DNA of 64,000 nucleotides, taken from assembly GCA_010356995.1 (NCBI GenBank), contig ML996706.1:1-64000 (forward strand), given 5' to 3'. Shown in pieces: positions 11,233 to 23,986 of the stretch. Within the stretch, counting starts at the first letter, position 1. Each line of letters opens with the position of its first letter. Under the pieces are notes generated by a model, which saw only the letters and a list, made by a program, of their open reading frames with translations, was not told the origin of the DNA and ran no database searches. A program made the translations under genes and the position numbers. The stretch comes from Trichodelitschia bisporula (Eukaryota).

Positions 11233-12559
11233 AGTGTCGTGCGATGTGAGATCGTGCGATGTGAAGGAGAGGGTGACACGAGAAGATGCGGTGAGAATGG
11301 ACTTGTGTCACACAGCGCGGAGGCGGGGCGTTTGGGGTGCGTTCGGTGGTGTTACGACGTGGAAAGCGATTGTGAGTGCGACGTACCGTATGGATGGGAT
11401 GATTGGGAGGGTGGGGATGGTGGGGTGATGTATGGTTTGGCTAGCTTCGTGGTGAGTTGTTTGAGCCCGGGTGGGTGAAGAGCGGGAAGTGATCCGGCAA
11501 TGTCTGGTTTGTTCTCTTCAGAGTGCGAAGAGTGTGACGTGGGGTTTGGCAGCGAGGATCTGAAGCTTGCCAGACGGAGTTTGGCGATGGAGTTTTCTGT
11601 CATGTTGAGAGTCTTCTCCGGGATGCTAACCGTATATATTCTGTCTCACCTCCCAGCAGCACCACCACAAACGAAGACAGGACACAATCAAACAGCAGTT
11701 TGATACAACCAACAAAAACACTGAAATAGCAAAAAGCTAGCCATCATCGGCTTACGAAAACCCCCTCTATACGAAACAATGCTTTAACAACCGTGAGGCG
11801 ATTTTTCTTGGGGAGGTCTCGAACGGGGGACCTAGGCATGTGGAGCAGCGACAGTGGACCGGCTGCCCATGCCGCTGGGCCATTCCATGCCTGCCCCCCT
11901 CCTACCGATAGAAGGACTTTGCGGCCAGGTAAACTTTATGGGGAATCCTGTTTGCTTTGGTCTGATCTATGACAGGGCCAATCACGCCGTCGGATTCCCG
12001 CTCTTGGCCCGGCAAGGCTGGATGCTGAGCGTACTCCCAATTGCCTCTCTTATGCCCGCGTCATGCGGCTGTTTGGCGCGCCATGGTCTGTTTGCCGTTA
12101 TCTGTCATGCGAGGGCATAAGTACCACACAATACCATCCTCTCCCTCTGGCGTCATGTTCTTGCTCACTGAGCCTGTGGGCATGGATCTTCCTTCCTTCC
12201 TCCTCGCTTTTACCCACCATGCTTCCATATATGGCCACTGAAGTTCCGCCAGCAAAATGTCAGAATAAAAACACAGTAGGCGCTCGAGCTTCTGATAATT
12301 CCGCAACAAGTACGGTAAACGTAGGAAGTGAGAGTCTCAACAACATCTGCTGTGTCCCATCACCGTTCCCCTGTCCATTGCTCCACTCTCAGCCGTCCCG
12401 CTAGTCTGTTCGAGGATCAGATGGAGTGTCTTGGCAAGCCTTGTCTCGACTACACTCATTCAACCACACCTGTCATCTCGAGCCATCCATCAACTCGTCA
12501 GTGGCTCGTCATCCGTCAATTCCTCATCCGCAACCCCATCTCCCTTTATGAACTCACAT

Positions 12560-14010
12560 ACGCCCCTTTCTCGCGCCTGAGCGGAACGGCTTCTTACTTG
12601 ACGCTCACACTCAGCATCTTCCGCCGGAAATAGAAGGCGGCACTAGCCTCGAAATAGACATGAATCAACCCCACCATCACGCTATGGCGAGTTCATGGAC
12701 TACGGTACGGTAGTCGAGAAGTTGGACCATCTCGCTCCAGACCCGGCGGACCACGCCGGCACCGAGTTCGACAGTGCATATCACGGTCACTCCGTTTTTC
12801 TGGAGCTCCGGGGGTTTGAACCTGGCGAACATCCGAAGCGTATCCAGTAGTGGAACTTCGCAATGTGTTCCCCCCGCCGCATCATGAAAACATAAGACGA
12901 AGAAGATAATTCCGCCGCTCTCGTTGTGAGAGAAAAGAGCCGTGCAATTCGCATCCCGATCAGCCGCCTGTTTCAGCAGCGCTGCTTCCGCGCCCTGCAC
13001 AAGCGCGCGCACGCGGATTGAAGACTGAAGCTTCAGCGGTACGATAACGCTATCGGTTTTACGACGCATCTGCTAGGTGTGCTAGGTGCGATGGACGAGC
13101 AACGCATTCACTCAGCGAACGCTTATATTGCCCATTCGCAAACTTTGACTCGCCGATCCGCATCGAGCTCGATTCAAGATATTCCTGCGACGCTCAAGTA
13201 CATTATTCCCACGAGAGCCTCTCGGCAGAGTCCCCCTCTCCGGCTCACACCGAGAGGTTATGAGCCCTGGCTGCTCCGCTGTAGGTTGTCTTGGAAGCCA
13301 GCCCCTATTCAAGGCGGGGAACGCAAAGGTCAATCCCGCAAGCCTGTGCGAAGGAGATATGGTCATACTTTCGACGCGCAATCAACGATGAGCCGCGATT
13401 GTCCTGTATGGGACCGCAGTACAGGCAGCCCACGGGTAGGAACAGTAAGTCATTACCCTTTTTTGCTCGACTTCGCTAACCAGCATAGTGCCGCTTCTTG
13501 TCACTATAGCGACTGCTCTCCTGCTCTCATCCTATCTTCTCGTTGGCCCGCTGCGGGAAAGATGGGATCGATGCTCCTCAACTCCAATGGATTTCCGAAT
13601 TCCCTGGGACTAGACATACGCAAGCCCAGCCATCTGCATCCCAAGTACTTTTTACCCCTCCCCTCCCGCAGGATCTTGCTGACGAAGGCCTGGAACACCG
13701 CCGGAGCATTAGTCAAACCAAAAGGGGCAATACTGTACCCAAAAAGGCCTCCGCGTACACGAAAAGCCGTTTCCATCTCGTCGTCTTCCCTGATAGGGAG
13801 CCGGTAGTTGGCTTCTCAGATACCGAACTCAGTGAAGATCTTCGCGGTCCGAGAAGCCTACCACCGGCTCCGCATCAGAAAAGGCGACGAGTAAAAAACG
13901 GCTTCTGGCATACGCTATAGCCTCTTTGAGTACACTGTTGTCTCCCTTTGGTCTGATTAATGCTCCAGCGGCTTTCCAGGCGTTCGTCAACAAAATCTTG
14001 CGCGAGGGGT
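12560..14010. mobile_element. Degenerate, rearranged Ty3/gypsy retrotransposon relics on both strands
   Basis: Clear RT motifs: minus KIF..EANYRLPIREDDE.ETAF..GLFGY..APFGLTNAPAVFQAFVSKILREG (13843..13661) and plus EAYHRLRIRKGDE*KTA..LFEY..PFGLINAPAAFQAFVNKILREG (13834..14008). Weaker relics: RNase H-like NFDSPIRIELDS (+, ~13140) and AFYFRRKM (-, ~12630), and integrase zinc-finger-like FHDAAGGTH (-, ~12880). Confidence 0.75.
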
Positions 14011-14919
14011 GGGATTGTGGGAAGGAGAACCATGAGAATTTCCAGGGCTGAAAGGAGAAGCGCCCGAAGGCAAAGAGCAGGAAGAAGCATGCGAAATCTG
14101 AGCACCGAAACTGACGGTGAACAGCTCTCTGATTTACCCGGACTAGTGAGATCGGCGATGTTTATATTCTTCCGTGTAGGGATGGGATCTGATGCCTTCG
14201 CTCCCTCCCGAGCACCAAACGACGATCAACACGACAGCCTGCTAGGTGCCAGTCGACCGCCTGGACGTCGACGGGGAAGAGCATCGGGGTTATAACCGTT
14301 TCGACGGAGGCCAGCAGGATGACCAACGGGAGATAACGAACAGAGTGTGTTGTCTTATATCGATGATGGGCTGGAATGTGCCATTCAGGGCAGACAGAAG
14401 CAGGCGCGGGTAGGGCTGCACACACATCGCCATATTTAGATAAGTCAGATAGAAGCCATCTATACAGTAAACCCGCCCGATTCTGGCGTTCCCACCAGTC
14501 ACGATCCGTAGGGGCTTACAATGTTAACTAATCCGACAGTCAGCGTTCCGGGCAACTCATGTCAGCCCTTCTGGAACGAAGTGACGTGCGTAGAAAAACG
14601 CAAGCCTATGCGCGGCTGATCGCGAACGCGGTGTTCATATTCCTCAGGTACTCCGTCAATCAATAACGCCCACCTCATTTCTTGCCATCTCTGTGGTGCT
14701 CGCCCCATGCTGAGCCATTCGCTCGCTCGACCGCGGGAGCGGAACCAGGAGCGGGCCGAGCACCGTCGCGGCTCGGTCCGGGAGCCGCTCTCATCCGCGC
14801 AGACAGCACGGCATCACGAGCACCATCTTCAGGCCTAGGTACCAAAATTTGCTACAAACCCAACGCCATACCCATCCTAACCGTTCAATCTCCCGTCCCC
14901 TCCCCTACCAACCCTTCCC

Positions 14920-16974
14920 TCATCCTTCTTCCCGCAGGCAAAACATCTCCCCAACCCCCAAACCCCCGACCGGCCCCACAACCTCCCCCTCCGCACACTT
15001 CGCCGTCACCCATTCCTCCCTCCTAACCACATCCCCGCCAGCATAACCAACCCATCTCTCTTCCCCGTCCTCCTCAAGCAAAGCATCCAAAGCCCCGCCG
15101 TGCTCCCACCGAGGTCCCAGCCTCCCTTCACTATCTCCATCTCTCTCCAACAGTGTCACACTTCCCCGCCCAGCAGGCGGATACAGCGCCGCCCACCCCT
15201 TCCCATCCCACAATTCCCTCGCATCCCGTAACCACGCCGCCTCGCCTGGCTCCAACTTCGGCACAGCGGTGCCATTCCCCCTCAGCCTCGCGCCGGGCGT
15301 ATGCCTCAGCAACGAATAAGCCTGCAGCGCACGCCACGCGTCGCCAAAGAACAGCATGCCGTCTGCTGTAGGGGCTTGGAAGAAGAAAGCCGGTCGTGCC
15401 GTGGAAGCCGACGGAACCGCGGATTTGGCGTCGCTGTGCGCAGTGGCGGTTCCTTCGCCGTGGCCCCGCCCGAGCCAGCTCTCGTTCAACCCCCTCGGCG
15501 GCGCAAGCGCAACACCCGCCGCCCACCCCTTAAACCGATTCAACCCATCAAATCTCAGCCTCAATGTTTGATAAGCCACCCAGTAATACCACCGTCTATC
15601 CAGCCTCCCATCGCACGGGAAGATGAGCACATGCCCATCCTCCCGTTCCGTAGGAAAAACCTCCAACACCCCCTCCCCACCATCCCGGCCCTTAACCCGC
15701 CGCTTAATCACTAGACCCGACTGCATCCTTCCGCCCATATCCCGCGCCTCCCTCACAGGGGGCCAGACAAAATTTCCCGCAATCTGCAGCACATCCTCGC
15801 CCACATCCGAGTCGAGGTCAAGCGTGATACGGGGTGGATCAAGCCCCGCGTACTCCGCCTCGTATAAGCTCGTCAACAACCGCACCAAGCCCGGCGCCCT
15901 TCGCGGAACCCGGATGACAACCTCAACCGCCAGGCGTGACCACGCCGCGAGCGCTGCACCGGGCAACCTTGCCACCCACTGCAGATTCTCCGGCTCATGG
16001 CGCGGAACACGAATCACAGACCACGAAAACCTCGCCGCGCGAAACAGCAGCGGCCTCGCAAACCACGTATCCTCCTCCCGCTCCGGCACCGGCCTATCCC
16101 AATCCCCACCACCCGCCTGCCCGGCCGCCTCCTTCGGCGGACTCACGACCACCGCCACAGGAGAGACATAGCTCTGCAGCATCTCAAGCGCCATCGCTGC
16201 CGCCCTTTCCGCGCGCTCGTCGGTGGAGTACGCCGCCCAGTCGGGCCGCGCGTCGTGCCATATGGCGGGACAGTCGGCGCGGCGGATGTTGTTCAGCTGG
16301 AGGAGGGTGGGGAAGTGCAGGTCGTCCCGCGAGAAGAGGGCGATGTGTACTGTGTTCAGGCGGCGGAGGGCCATGGCGCAGGCGAGGGGGAGGAGGGTGG
16401 AGAGGCTGGCGGGGGAGGAGGCGGCGACGAGGATTGCTGGACGAGGGGGGTGGGGTTGCGGGGTTAGGAGGGTGGTGCGGAGGGAGTGGAAGCGTGGGGG
16501 GCCGGAGTGGTAGTGTTTTGAGAGCTGGCTGGGTGGTGGGCGTGGAGGGGGGCCGGTTGGAGGGAGAGGTTCGATGTCCGGGTCGAAGTCTGCGGGGGCG
16601 GTGCTGGTGGGGAGCAGGGCGTAGCCGATGCATGCCAACAGCACGAGGAGGAGGAAGCGGCGGCGGCGACGGTTGGCAAGGGTTGCGCGGTAGAGAGGCC
16701 GGAGGAGAGAGGGCGTGTGGTTGTAGTGGGAAGGCGTTCGGTGGTGGTGGTGGATAGGCGATGGATAGGGCACGTTGAGGTAGCCCTGCGGCCGATGATC
16801 ATCGTCCTTCTTCCCCATCTCCGCATCATGCCCAAACATGCCGAACCAGCCGCGCCACGAGCCGCTTGTCAGTAACGAGTGTGTATTCGCGCTTCGAAAA
16901 GGGAGCCAGCTTCGCTGATGACTCGGTTGCGTGTCCGCGGTTACGCGCACGCGGCTGCGCGAGCGTCGAGACAT
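14920..16974 (-). CDS. Fungal type II membrane 'glycosyltransferase 2'-like protein
   Basis: 684-aa ORF with basic RRRRR followed by a TM helix and Pro-rich stem. Motifs NTVHIALFSRDD, CPAIWHDARPDWAAYSTDERAE and RLLTSLYEAEYAG..PPRITLDL match a fungal family usually annotated GT2-like. Confidence 0.7.
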   Translation of the reverse strand: MSRRSRSRVRVTADTQPSHQRSWLPFRSANTHSLLTSGSWRGWFGMFGHDAEMGKKDDDHRPQGYLNVPYPSPIHHHHRTPSHYNHTPSLLRPLYRATLANRRRRRFLLLVLLACIGYALLPTSTAPADFDPDIEPLPPTGPPPRPPPSQLSKHYHSGPPRFHSLRTTLLTPQPHPPRPAILVAASSPASLSTLLPLACAMALRRLNTVHIALFSRDDLHFPTLLQLNNIRRADCPAIWHDARPDWAAYSTDERAERAAAMALEMLQSYVSPVAVVVSPPKEAAGQAGGGDWDRPVPEREEDTWFARPLLFRAARFSWSVIRVPRHEPENLQWVARLPGAALAAWSRLAVEVVIRVPRRAPGLVRLLTSLYEAEYAGLDPPRITLDLDSDVGEDVLQIAGNFVWPPVREARDMGGRMQSGLVIKRRVKGRDGGEGVLEVFPTEREDGHVLIFPCDGRLDRRWYYWVAYQTLRLRFDGLNRFKGWAAGVALAPPRGLNESWLGRGHGEGTATAHSDAKSAVPSASTARPAFFFQAPTADGMLFFGDAWRALQAYSLLRHTPGARLRGNGTAVPKLEPGEAAWLRDARELWDGKGWAALYPPAGRGSVTLLERDGDSEGRLGPRWEHGGALDALLEEDGEERWVGYAGGDVVRREEWVTAKCAEGEVVGPVGGLGVGEMFCLREEG

Positions 16975-18406
16975 GTACGCATTGCCGATGGCTTATAGTG
17001 GTGCGAATGCAGAGTATCTGTCCACAGGGTGGGGCGTGAATCGCTATCTCGCGAGCGCTGCTGGTACGCGCTCGTTGCGCGAGCTCGCCGTCGCCGTCGT
17101 TGAATCCGCACAATTCGGCGACCTGCACCCATTAGCCACCGAATCCACCCCGACTTCACACACTCACTTCGCTCCAACCTCAGCAGCCTGTTCTCCAGCT
17201 CCCCAGCAAGCCTCCCGCCTAGACTCCCAGCCGCCAAAAAGCTTGCCCCCCAACCACTTCCACGTCTCAAGTAGATTATACAACTTCCCCACACAGCGGG
17301 CGATCAATCGGGCGCGGAGATCCACGCTAGCGTCCGGGCGGCTAGGCTTAGATCAAGTCCCAGCGCTGAGCGATAGGTGGCGGCTATAAGATGGATATGA
17401 TGGGCGAAGCAGATGAAAGATCGCCAGCCGTCGTCGACGTCGGCGCCCACCAACCCCCCCCCCACGCTTGGCGGTACGTCGCAGGAACACTTGGCCGAAG
17501 GGAAACCCCACGGGTGGGGCAAGAACGAGTGCTCGCGGATTCCCTTACCCATTACCACCATTGCCATAAACCAGTTCCATCAGGTCAAGGGATGCCGGGA
17601 AAGGAATGCGGGAAAGGAATGAAGTCGGGATAAACATCAGCCTTACCCCGCAGTAAGCAACGCGGTCGACGCGCTAGGTAGACACGCGTCCGGGCATTCC
17701 GCATGGGCTATCGGTTTTGTCTATGTCTGGATGTCTATCCCTTGCGTGCATCACTCGGGCTGATGGAAGTATGGGCTTGACACGGGTAAAAGGCGACGGT
17801 GTGAAGTGAAGACTTGAAAAAAGACGTTGAAGAGAAGCGAGTCGAGAGGCTCTTCAGAACACATTCACGATGTCCTCCGATGCTCCTTCATCATGAGCAC
17901 ATTACGCGCTCCTTCCAAGTGACATGCGCCCTCCTAACATAACAATGCTCCTGCCTCAAGTCGCCATCACAGGCCTGCATTTGCATCACGAAACGCGCAT
18001 TCAGCACCAGTAGGTCTCCCTCTGCATTCCCGCTACACAACATCTAGGTATGACCACCGCCGCCACAGAAGGGGCATACATCCCACCACTATCATACACC
18101 ACTGCCCCTCCCACCAACTCATCATCCAAAAAAAAAAAAAACTCCAACATCAGTTAGTTGAGCTTGTGAACTCGCTATATACCCAATCCAACAAAAACGC
18201 CAGAAACTCCTCTTTTGCACCCCAACCAACCACCCACAGCATCATCGTCACCAAAAAAAAACCCCCGCCGCTTTGCCGCGGGCACCAGGCAGCGTCTGCC
18301 AAGAAATTAAGTTTAGGCTGTAGCAGTCTGTATAAGATGCTAGTAAAACTCCAAAGATCAAGAAAGATTGCGAGTAGGCCGTGATCGTTCCAAGTGCTCG
18401 GCCAGT

Positions 18407-19748
18407 CTAAAAGCCTGCCACAGGGGGCGGGTTGTCGTGTGTCTCAAAGTATGCCATGAGGGTCTGGATGAGGGCAGCATTTTTCTGGCACCAAAATCAG
18501 CACAACCATCCCAAAAACCAAAAAAAAAAAACCCGCAGACTCAAAACTCACCTCCTCAGTCTCATTGACCAACTTCTCCAACGCATCCGGCTCGTCCGTC
18601 CTCCCGCTCGTCGTCGCCGCCTTCTTGAGCTCCGCATACTTATCGCGGAACTCCTCCGCCAGCGCCTTCGTCTCCTCATGCTGCATGCCAAACTGAATCG
18701 GGTCGGCGCCACGGTTAACATTGCGCTCGAAGCCAATGAGCACCTTGTCGGCGCGGCGCTTGACATTCCAGAAGCGCTTGATTTCCTCGGGATACGGGGT
18801 CTCGCTCAGCGGGCGGTTATACATGGGCTTAACGCCGGGCATGACATCCGACTCGAGCACGCGCATCCACTCATAGATATGCCACTTGTAGTCCGGGTGC
18901 GGGAAGTGGCTGAGCAGCAGGCCCGGCTGCACCTCGTGCAGGTTGTAATAGTAGGCGTTGAACCACTTGCGCGGCACGTAGATGGAGTGCTTGATGAAAT
19001 CCTTGTCCGTCTCGGTGAGGCGCGCGAGGATGCTCTGCTCCTCGAAGGTGTAGTCCTCGTTCGGGTGGTAGTGCTTGTACGTCATGGTGCGGGTCAGGAG
19101 GTCGAGCGACCAGCTCGTGACGCGCAGCATGAACACGCCTGCGTTCAATCCGTTCCAGTCGCGGCCTGCCATCCAATGGATGTGCGAGAAGTCGCTCGGC
19201 GGCTCGAAGATCTCGAGCGGGATTTCCTGGTTCATGATGATGGAGTCGACGTCAAAGTAAAACAGCCACTCAACGCGCTCGTCGGCCGGCTTGAACAGCT
19301 CGTTCAGCAGCACGTCCATGATGAACGCGACCTTGTTGAACATGCCCTCAGCCGCCGTCTCGCGCGCCATATACAGCGGGTAGCCGTGCTTCTCCGCATG
19401 CTTGACATGCGTGTCCAGCGCGCGCTCGTACAGGATGTCCTCGAAACCGCTGGCGATGGCAACCTTGGCGAAGCGCGGCTTGCGCACCGGATTCGGCGCC
19501 GGTAAATACTTGACAGTACCGTTGCCGGGCGGCACCGTTTTGTTGTACTTGGCAACGGCCTCGTCCATCGACATGTGCGGCATGGAGCCATCGCTGCTTC
19601 CGCCCCAAGGCAGGTGGACGCACAGCAGGACAAAGCCGGCGAAGAGGAGGAAGGCGAGGAGGGGCTGGTGGTGGCGCACGATGGTTGAGATGCGAGAGCG
19701 GACGGCGGCGCGACGGAAGTCGTCGAGCTTGAGCTTTTCGCGGTCCAT
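18407..19748 (-). CDS. Glycosyltransferase family 34 (GMA12/MNN10-like galactosyl- or mannosyltransferase); intron 18485..18551
   Basis: N-terminal TM, HAEKHGY, EWLFYFDVDSIIMNQEIPLEIF (DxD), DWNGLNAGVFMLRV, FEEQSIL and PRKWFNAY. Intron GTGAGT...GCTGAT...CAG gives last exon KNAALIQTLMAYFETHDNPPPVAGF*. Confidence 0.9.
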
Positions 19749-22021
19749 GACGGGGGGGCTGTGGGGGAAGGAGCGTGAGGTAAATGAGTGTGGTGGGTGT
19801 GGTGGGTGTTCTTGTTGTCAGGCTGTGAGGGTGAGTGGAAAGAGTGAACAGCAGCGGTATTAGGAGGAGAGCATTTGCGGCGAGTCGTCGCACAAGGGAT
19901 GAGACGCGAGTCTGAGGAATGCAAAAAGAGTTGATCTCTTGAGAGGAAAGGAAAGATGGATGGGGAGAGAGGGAAGAAAGGGGAGAGAAGAAGGCTAGAG
20001 GAAGACGAGAAGGGGGATCGTGGGGAGAATGGGATGAGATGTAGGCGACACGAAAGGCTCCCGTCCCGAATCAGTACAAGAACAAGGGGCTTCTGTGAGC
20101 GACTGCTGTCATGAGAATGCCGGGACTTTTCTCTCCTCTCCAAATTCCTCTCTCCCCATTCCTCCGTCTCTTCCCCCTCCCGTGGGCGAAGCTCAACTGG
20201 CCTGGTCGCCGCCTCCCTGCCATGAAGCCGCTAGCTGCACGCCCATCACCGGAAGTAGCTAGCCCAATGAACCCCTCGGCCCTGCTTGCACCTTCGACAA
20301 GGCGGCCGCGGAGACACCAAGTCTCTTGACAGTCTTCGCAACCCTTTGTCAGAACGGTGACACTTCTAACGGGTATGCCACAGTACTACAGCCTCATAAC
20401 CGCAGTAACTACAGCAATAGCAAAGATACCAAAAATCCCATCCTTAACAGACCGCACTCGCCCTGCCATCCTAAAAACAGGGTCTTCCAGGTCCCCTTGG
20501 CTCTCGACCGCAGCCCTGGCCCCACCCTCCCCCCGCGCCAAAGCGCCTTGGGGCGAGTCGCGCAAGCCATTGGCAGCTGAGCGCGGGGAGGGAGGGGCTA
20601 AGCGGGCTAAGGTCGCTTCATGATCTCGCTTTACGAAAGAAAGGAGACTACGGTACCGCGGGAGCTCAGGAGGTACGGGTACCGCCGGGGCTGCCATGTG
20701 AAATGTACCGCGTGCATGAAAAGCTGCTCCTGCGCAGGATGCAGTGCATCTGATGCATGCGTTTTCCGCCGTTGAGTCGGAGTGGGAAATCAGGCTGCTG
20801 GGACGCGGCCTCCTCCGCTGCGGTGATGTGTCCGGAGTGATGCTGATCAACCCGCTCAACGCCGTCATCGTGCACCCTCATCCCTTCGCCGATCGGCCTG
20901 CCCTCCATCAACGTCCCGGAGCCCTCGGGATCACGACACCTTGTCACCGCGGCCGCCGCCGCTACTGCCGTGATATCACCCGTGTCCTGTGCTGCCTGCC
21001 GAAGCGCAACTGCAAGCCAAGTGCAGCATTCAGAGCCGCGTGCCCTTGTGGTTAGCTCCCAGATGCATGCCAGCATCATCACCTTCACCGCACCCGCCCT
21101 CCTTATCCCACCGCCTATCGCCTATCGTCAGGTACCGCGATCCTTCCGATCCGTTAGGTACCGCTACTTCTTAGTCCCTTCATGTATCAAACACCAAAAA
21201 TGCTCGCCATCAAGCCCGTGACACACAAGCCCTCATGGCTCAGGGGTAGAGCGTCGCACTCGTACACTCGTACAATGCGAAGGTCCGTCGTTCAAATCGG
21301 CGTGAGGGCAGTCACCCTTTTTTTGCATTTTTGCATCTCGACTTGGCTTCTCTGCCCTCCATCTATCTACCGAGTCCAGACCGGGCTGCGTGTTCTCGGC
21401 CCGCGATTTGAAGAGGGGGCTTGCGTCGCCCTTTTTAGCCGCAGGGCTGCAGGGGCATCTATCGATCTCGCAATGGCATTTCTGGCGGCGTGACGACGTG
21501 CGACCAATGGGGCGGAAGAAGGGGAAAAGGGGAGGCCGAGGCGAGGCGGTGGGCGTTTTTCGCGAAGTCTTTTTGCAGATTGATGCTTTGCGCGTGATTT
21601 ATGCCGCCGCTTGTGTGAGTGATGCTCGATCGTGAGGTTGTGCCCCTGGCGAAGACTTCTACTCTACGGTACGTAGAACGTCGAGACGCTGCTACATAGG
21701 CCTTCGGTCTACGGTATGCTTTCCGCGATCATAGCGGTGTGAAGGACACCTGATGATGTAGACCGGAGTGAGATCCGCTACGGTACGTGATATGGATAAT
21801 GTATCGCTATCGCAATCAACGTGCCCCGCCGCCGATCCAGCCCTACGCAAATTCGCCCGCAAATTCACCCGCCGCGAAAAAGCGCGATGTCACGTGCCTC
21901 CATCGTCACTTCTTTGCGACCTTGCTCCGGCTACCCCTCCAACCCCCGCCCTCAACCCTCACCCACACCCTCAGTCCCTCCCTCAAACCCACCGCCACAT
22001 CCTCGTCTTCTAATCGCTAAA

Positions 22022-22557
22022 ATGCCCGCCCCCAAAAATGCCCCCCGCCGCACCCTCCACGCCACCGCAACCCTAACCAGCACACCGCCAGACACCCTCC
22101 CCCCAACACACCTCATCCTGCGCGTCCTCGGCGCCGCGGGGAACAACCTCTTCAAGGCCGAAACGGTGGACAAAAAGCCGCTGCTCGTCGAGCTGCCGCG
22201 CGCGTTCCGCGGCACAGTCTGGATTAAGAGGGGCGGGTATGTGGTCGTGGACACGGCGGCGATGGAGGGACGGGAGAATAAGATCGGGGGGGAGATTGTG
22301 AATGTTGTACGCGAGGTTAAGGGCTGGAGACGGATGGGGTATTGGTGAGTGGCTGCTGAGTTAACATTGAGGGTAAGATTTTGGGCGGGCGGGCTAACGC
22401 GGGTAGGCCGAAGGAGTTTGCAGAGGAGAAGAGGAGTTATGGTGATGATAGCAGTGATGAGGAAGAGTCGAATGTGGGCAAGATGCCGCCGTCTGAGTCG
22501 TCGGAGGAGGAAGACGACGTCGGCGAAGACGGAGGAGGGACAGACACCAAAAAGTAG
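22022..22557 (+). CDS. eIF1A/S1-like OB-fold domain protein (EIF1AD-like); intron 22345..22406
   Basis: RVLGAAGNNLF, LVELPRAFRGTVWIKRGGYVVVD, KIGGEIVNVV and spliced YW|PKEF, with acidic tail DEEESNVGKMPPS. Confidence 0.9.
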
Positions 22558-22634
22558 CCAGCACATCACACAAAAGAAGCTCGCAGCGGGCCAACGCGCC
22601 CACGACCATCATGCATAACCAAACCCACTCAACC

Positions 22635-23986
22635 CTACTCCACCTTCGCCCTCTCCCCCTCCTCCCCCTCCCTAGTCCCCCACCAAACCCCCAAAACCTG
22701 CACCGCCAAACCCCCCACCACAACCATCGAACTCATCTCCGTAGCCGGATACACATTCCACGCCCCCTCTTGTACCGCCCAAACAACCCACACCCCCGGC
22801 CCGAGCCCCGCCTTCCAAATCAACCACGGTGCGCCCCACACGCCCCACGCATAGAACTGGTAATGCAGACTACGGGCACACAGCATCCCGATTGCATTCG
22901 CCGTCAGCGCGGCCGTGAGGACAAAGGCCGGATCGGCTCGCGCGGCGGCGGCTTGCGTCGCGGCCCATGTGTCCGGGTGGCGGAGGTGGAGTTTTAGGGT
23001 GTCGAGGAGACTGAGGCGCGAGGGTCGGGTCCAGCGCGTGGCGGCGAAGAGGAGCAGGAGGGCGGCGTGGGCGGCGAGGAGGGATGCTGCGAAGGGTTTG
23101 GAGAGGAACACGTCCTCGGGCACGAAGCGCCAGTTCACGGTCCAGCGGTAGAGAAACACGCGGCTCAGCTCAAAGGCCCGCCCGACATACGCGCGCCAAT
23201 CCGTGCGGACGAATTCATACGCGAAGAGGGACTGGGTCTGCGCGATCAGCAGCGCCTGCGTCACGCACCGTGAGAGTCCGAGGGTTTGCAGCATAGTGAG
23301 CGCGAGGGCGGGCGCGGGGAGCAGGGCGGACATTTTGGTGCCTATGGCTGCGGAGTAGAGCGCCGTCCCGAGGGACCAGTGCGCGGATTGGTAGGCGGCT
23401 AGGGCGGACCAGGTTAGTAGGACTGTGGGGCCGTCGTTGAAGAGGCGGAGGAGGAAGATGGAGTGTTGGCGCTTGGAGAGGATGAGGAGGGGGTAGATGT
23501 AGGGCGGGGCCTGGGGGGAGGGGTTAGTACTTGATAATGGAATGTGGTGATGGGATGCGCACCTTCGCCTTCCAGTAGCACCGCATGACGACCGCCAGCG
23601 CGGCTAGATAAAATCCAGCGAAAATGACTTGCGCGGCGAGGATGTTCTCTCCGCCGTTCGTCACTGCGTGCAGGAAGCGGTACAGATACACGTGCAGCCC
23701 CGGGTAGACCAGCGGCCCTGTGTCGCCTACGAGCTTGGTGTATGTTCTTTCGCCATCGATGTACAGGCGCACTTGTTGCATGTAGGCTTTCCAGTCGATT
23801 TCAGTATCTACATGAAGTGTTAGTCGGGGGGTTGATTATTTTGCAGGCCAGGGGGGGCGTACAGGGCACTTTCGCGATGATACCCGCGCACAGCACGGCG
23901 TCTATCGCAAGGAGCAAAGGCGCGAGCCAGCGCGCCTGCTCCGGATCGCGCGCAAGGCGGATGACAGTTTTTACGTAGGTGGTCAT
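22635..23986 (-). CDS. ALG3: Dol-P-Man:Man5GlcNAc2-PP-Dol alpha-1,3-mannosyltransferase; introns 23808..23862 and 23511..23562
   Basis: [77 protein letters not shown] and WNVYPAT..SS. Confidence 0.95.

Noticed and set aside
11352..11603. 83-aa ORF with a good ATG context (CTCAACATG)
   Set aside because: No recognisable motif, low complexity, next to an assembly gap; cannot be supported without RNA data.
13600..13660. KYLGCRWLG resembling a chromovirus chromodomain
   Set aside because: Too short, and downstream chromodomain residues are missing.
17852..17896. ATGATGA...CTGA on the minus strand suggesting a C/D snoRNA
   Set aside because: Boxes only ~40 nt apart, no terminal stem and no recognisable rRNA guide.
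18432..19505. 357-aa plus-strand ORF
   Set aside because: Antisense shadow of the GT34 gene caused by strong GC3 codon bias.
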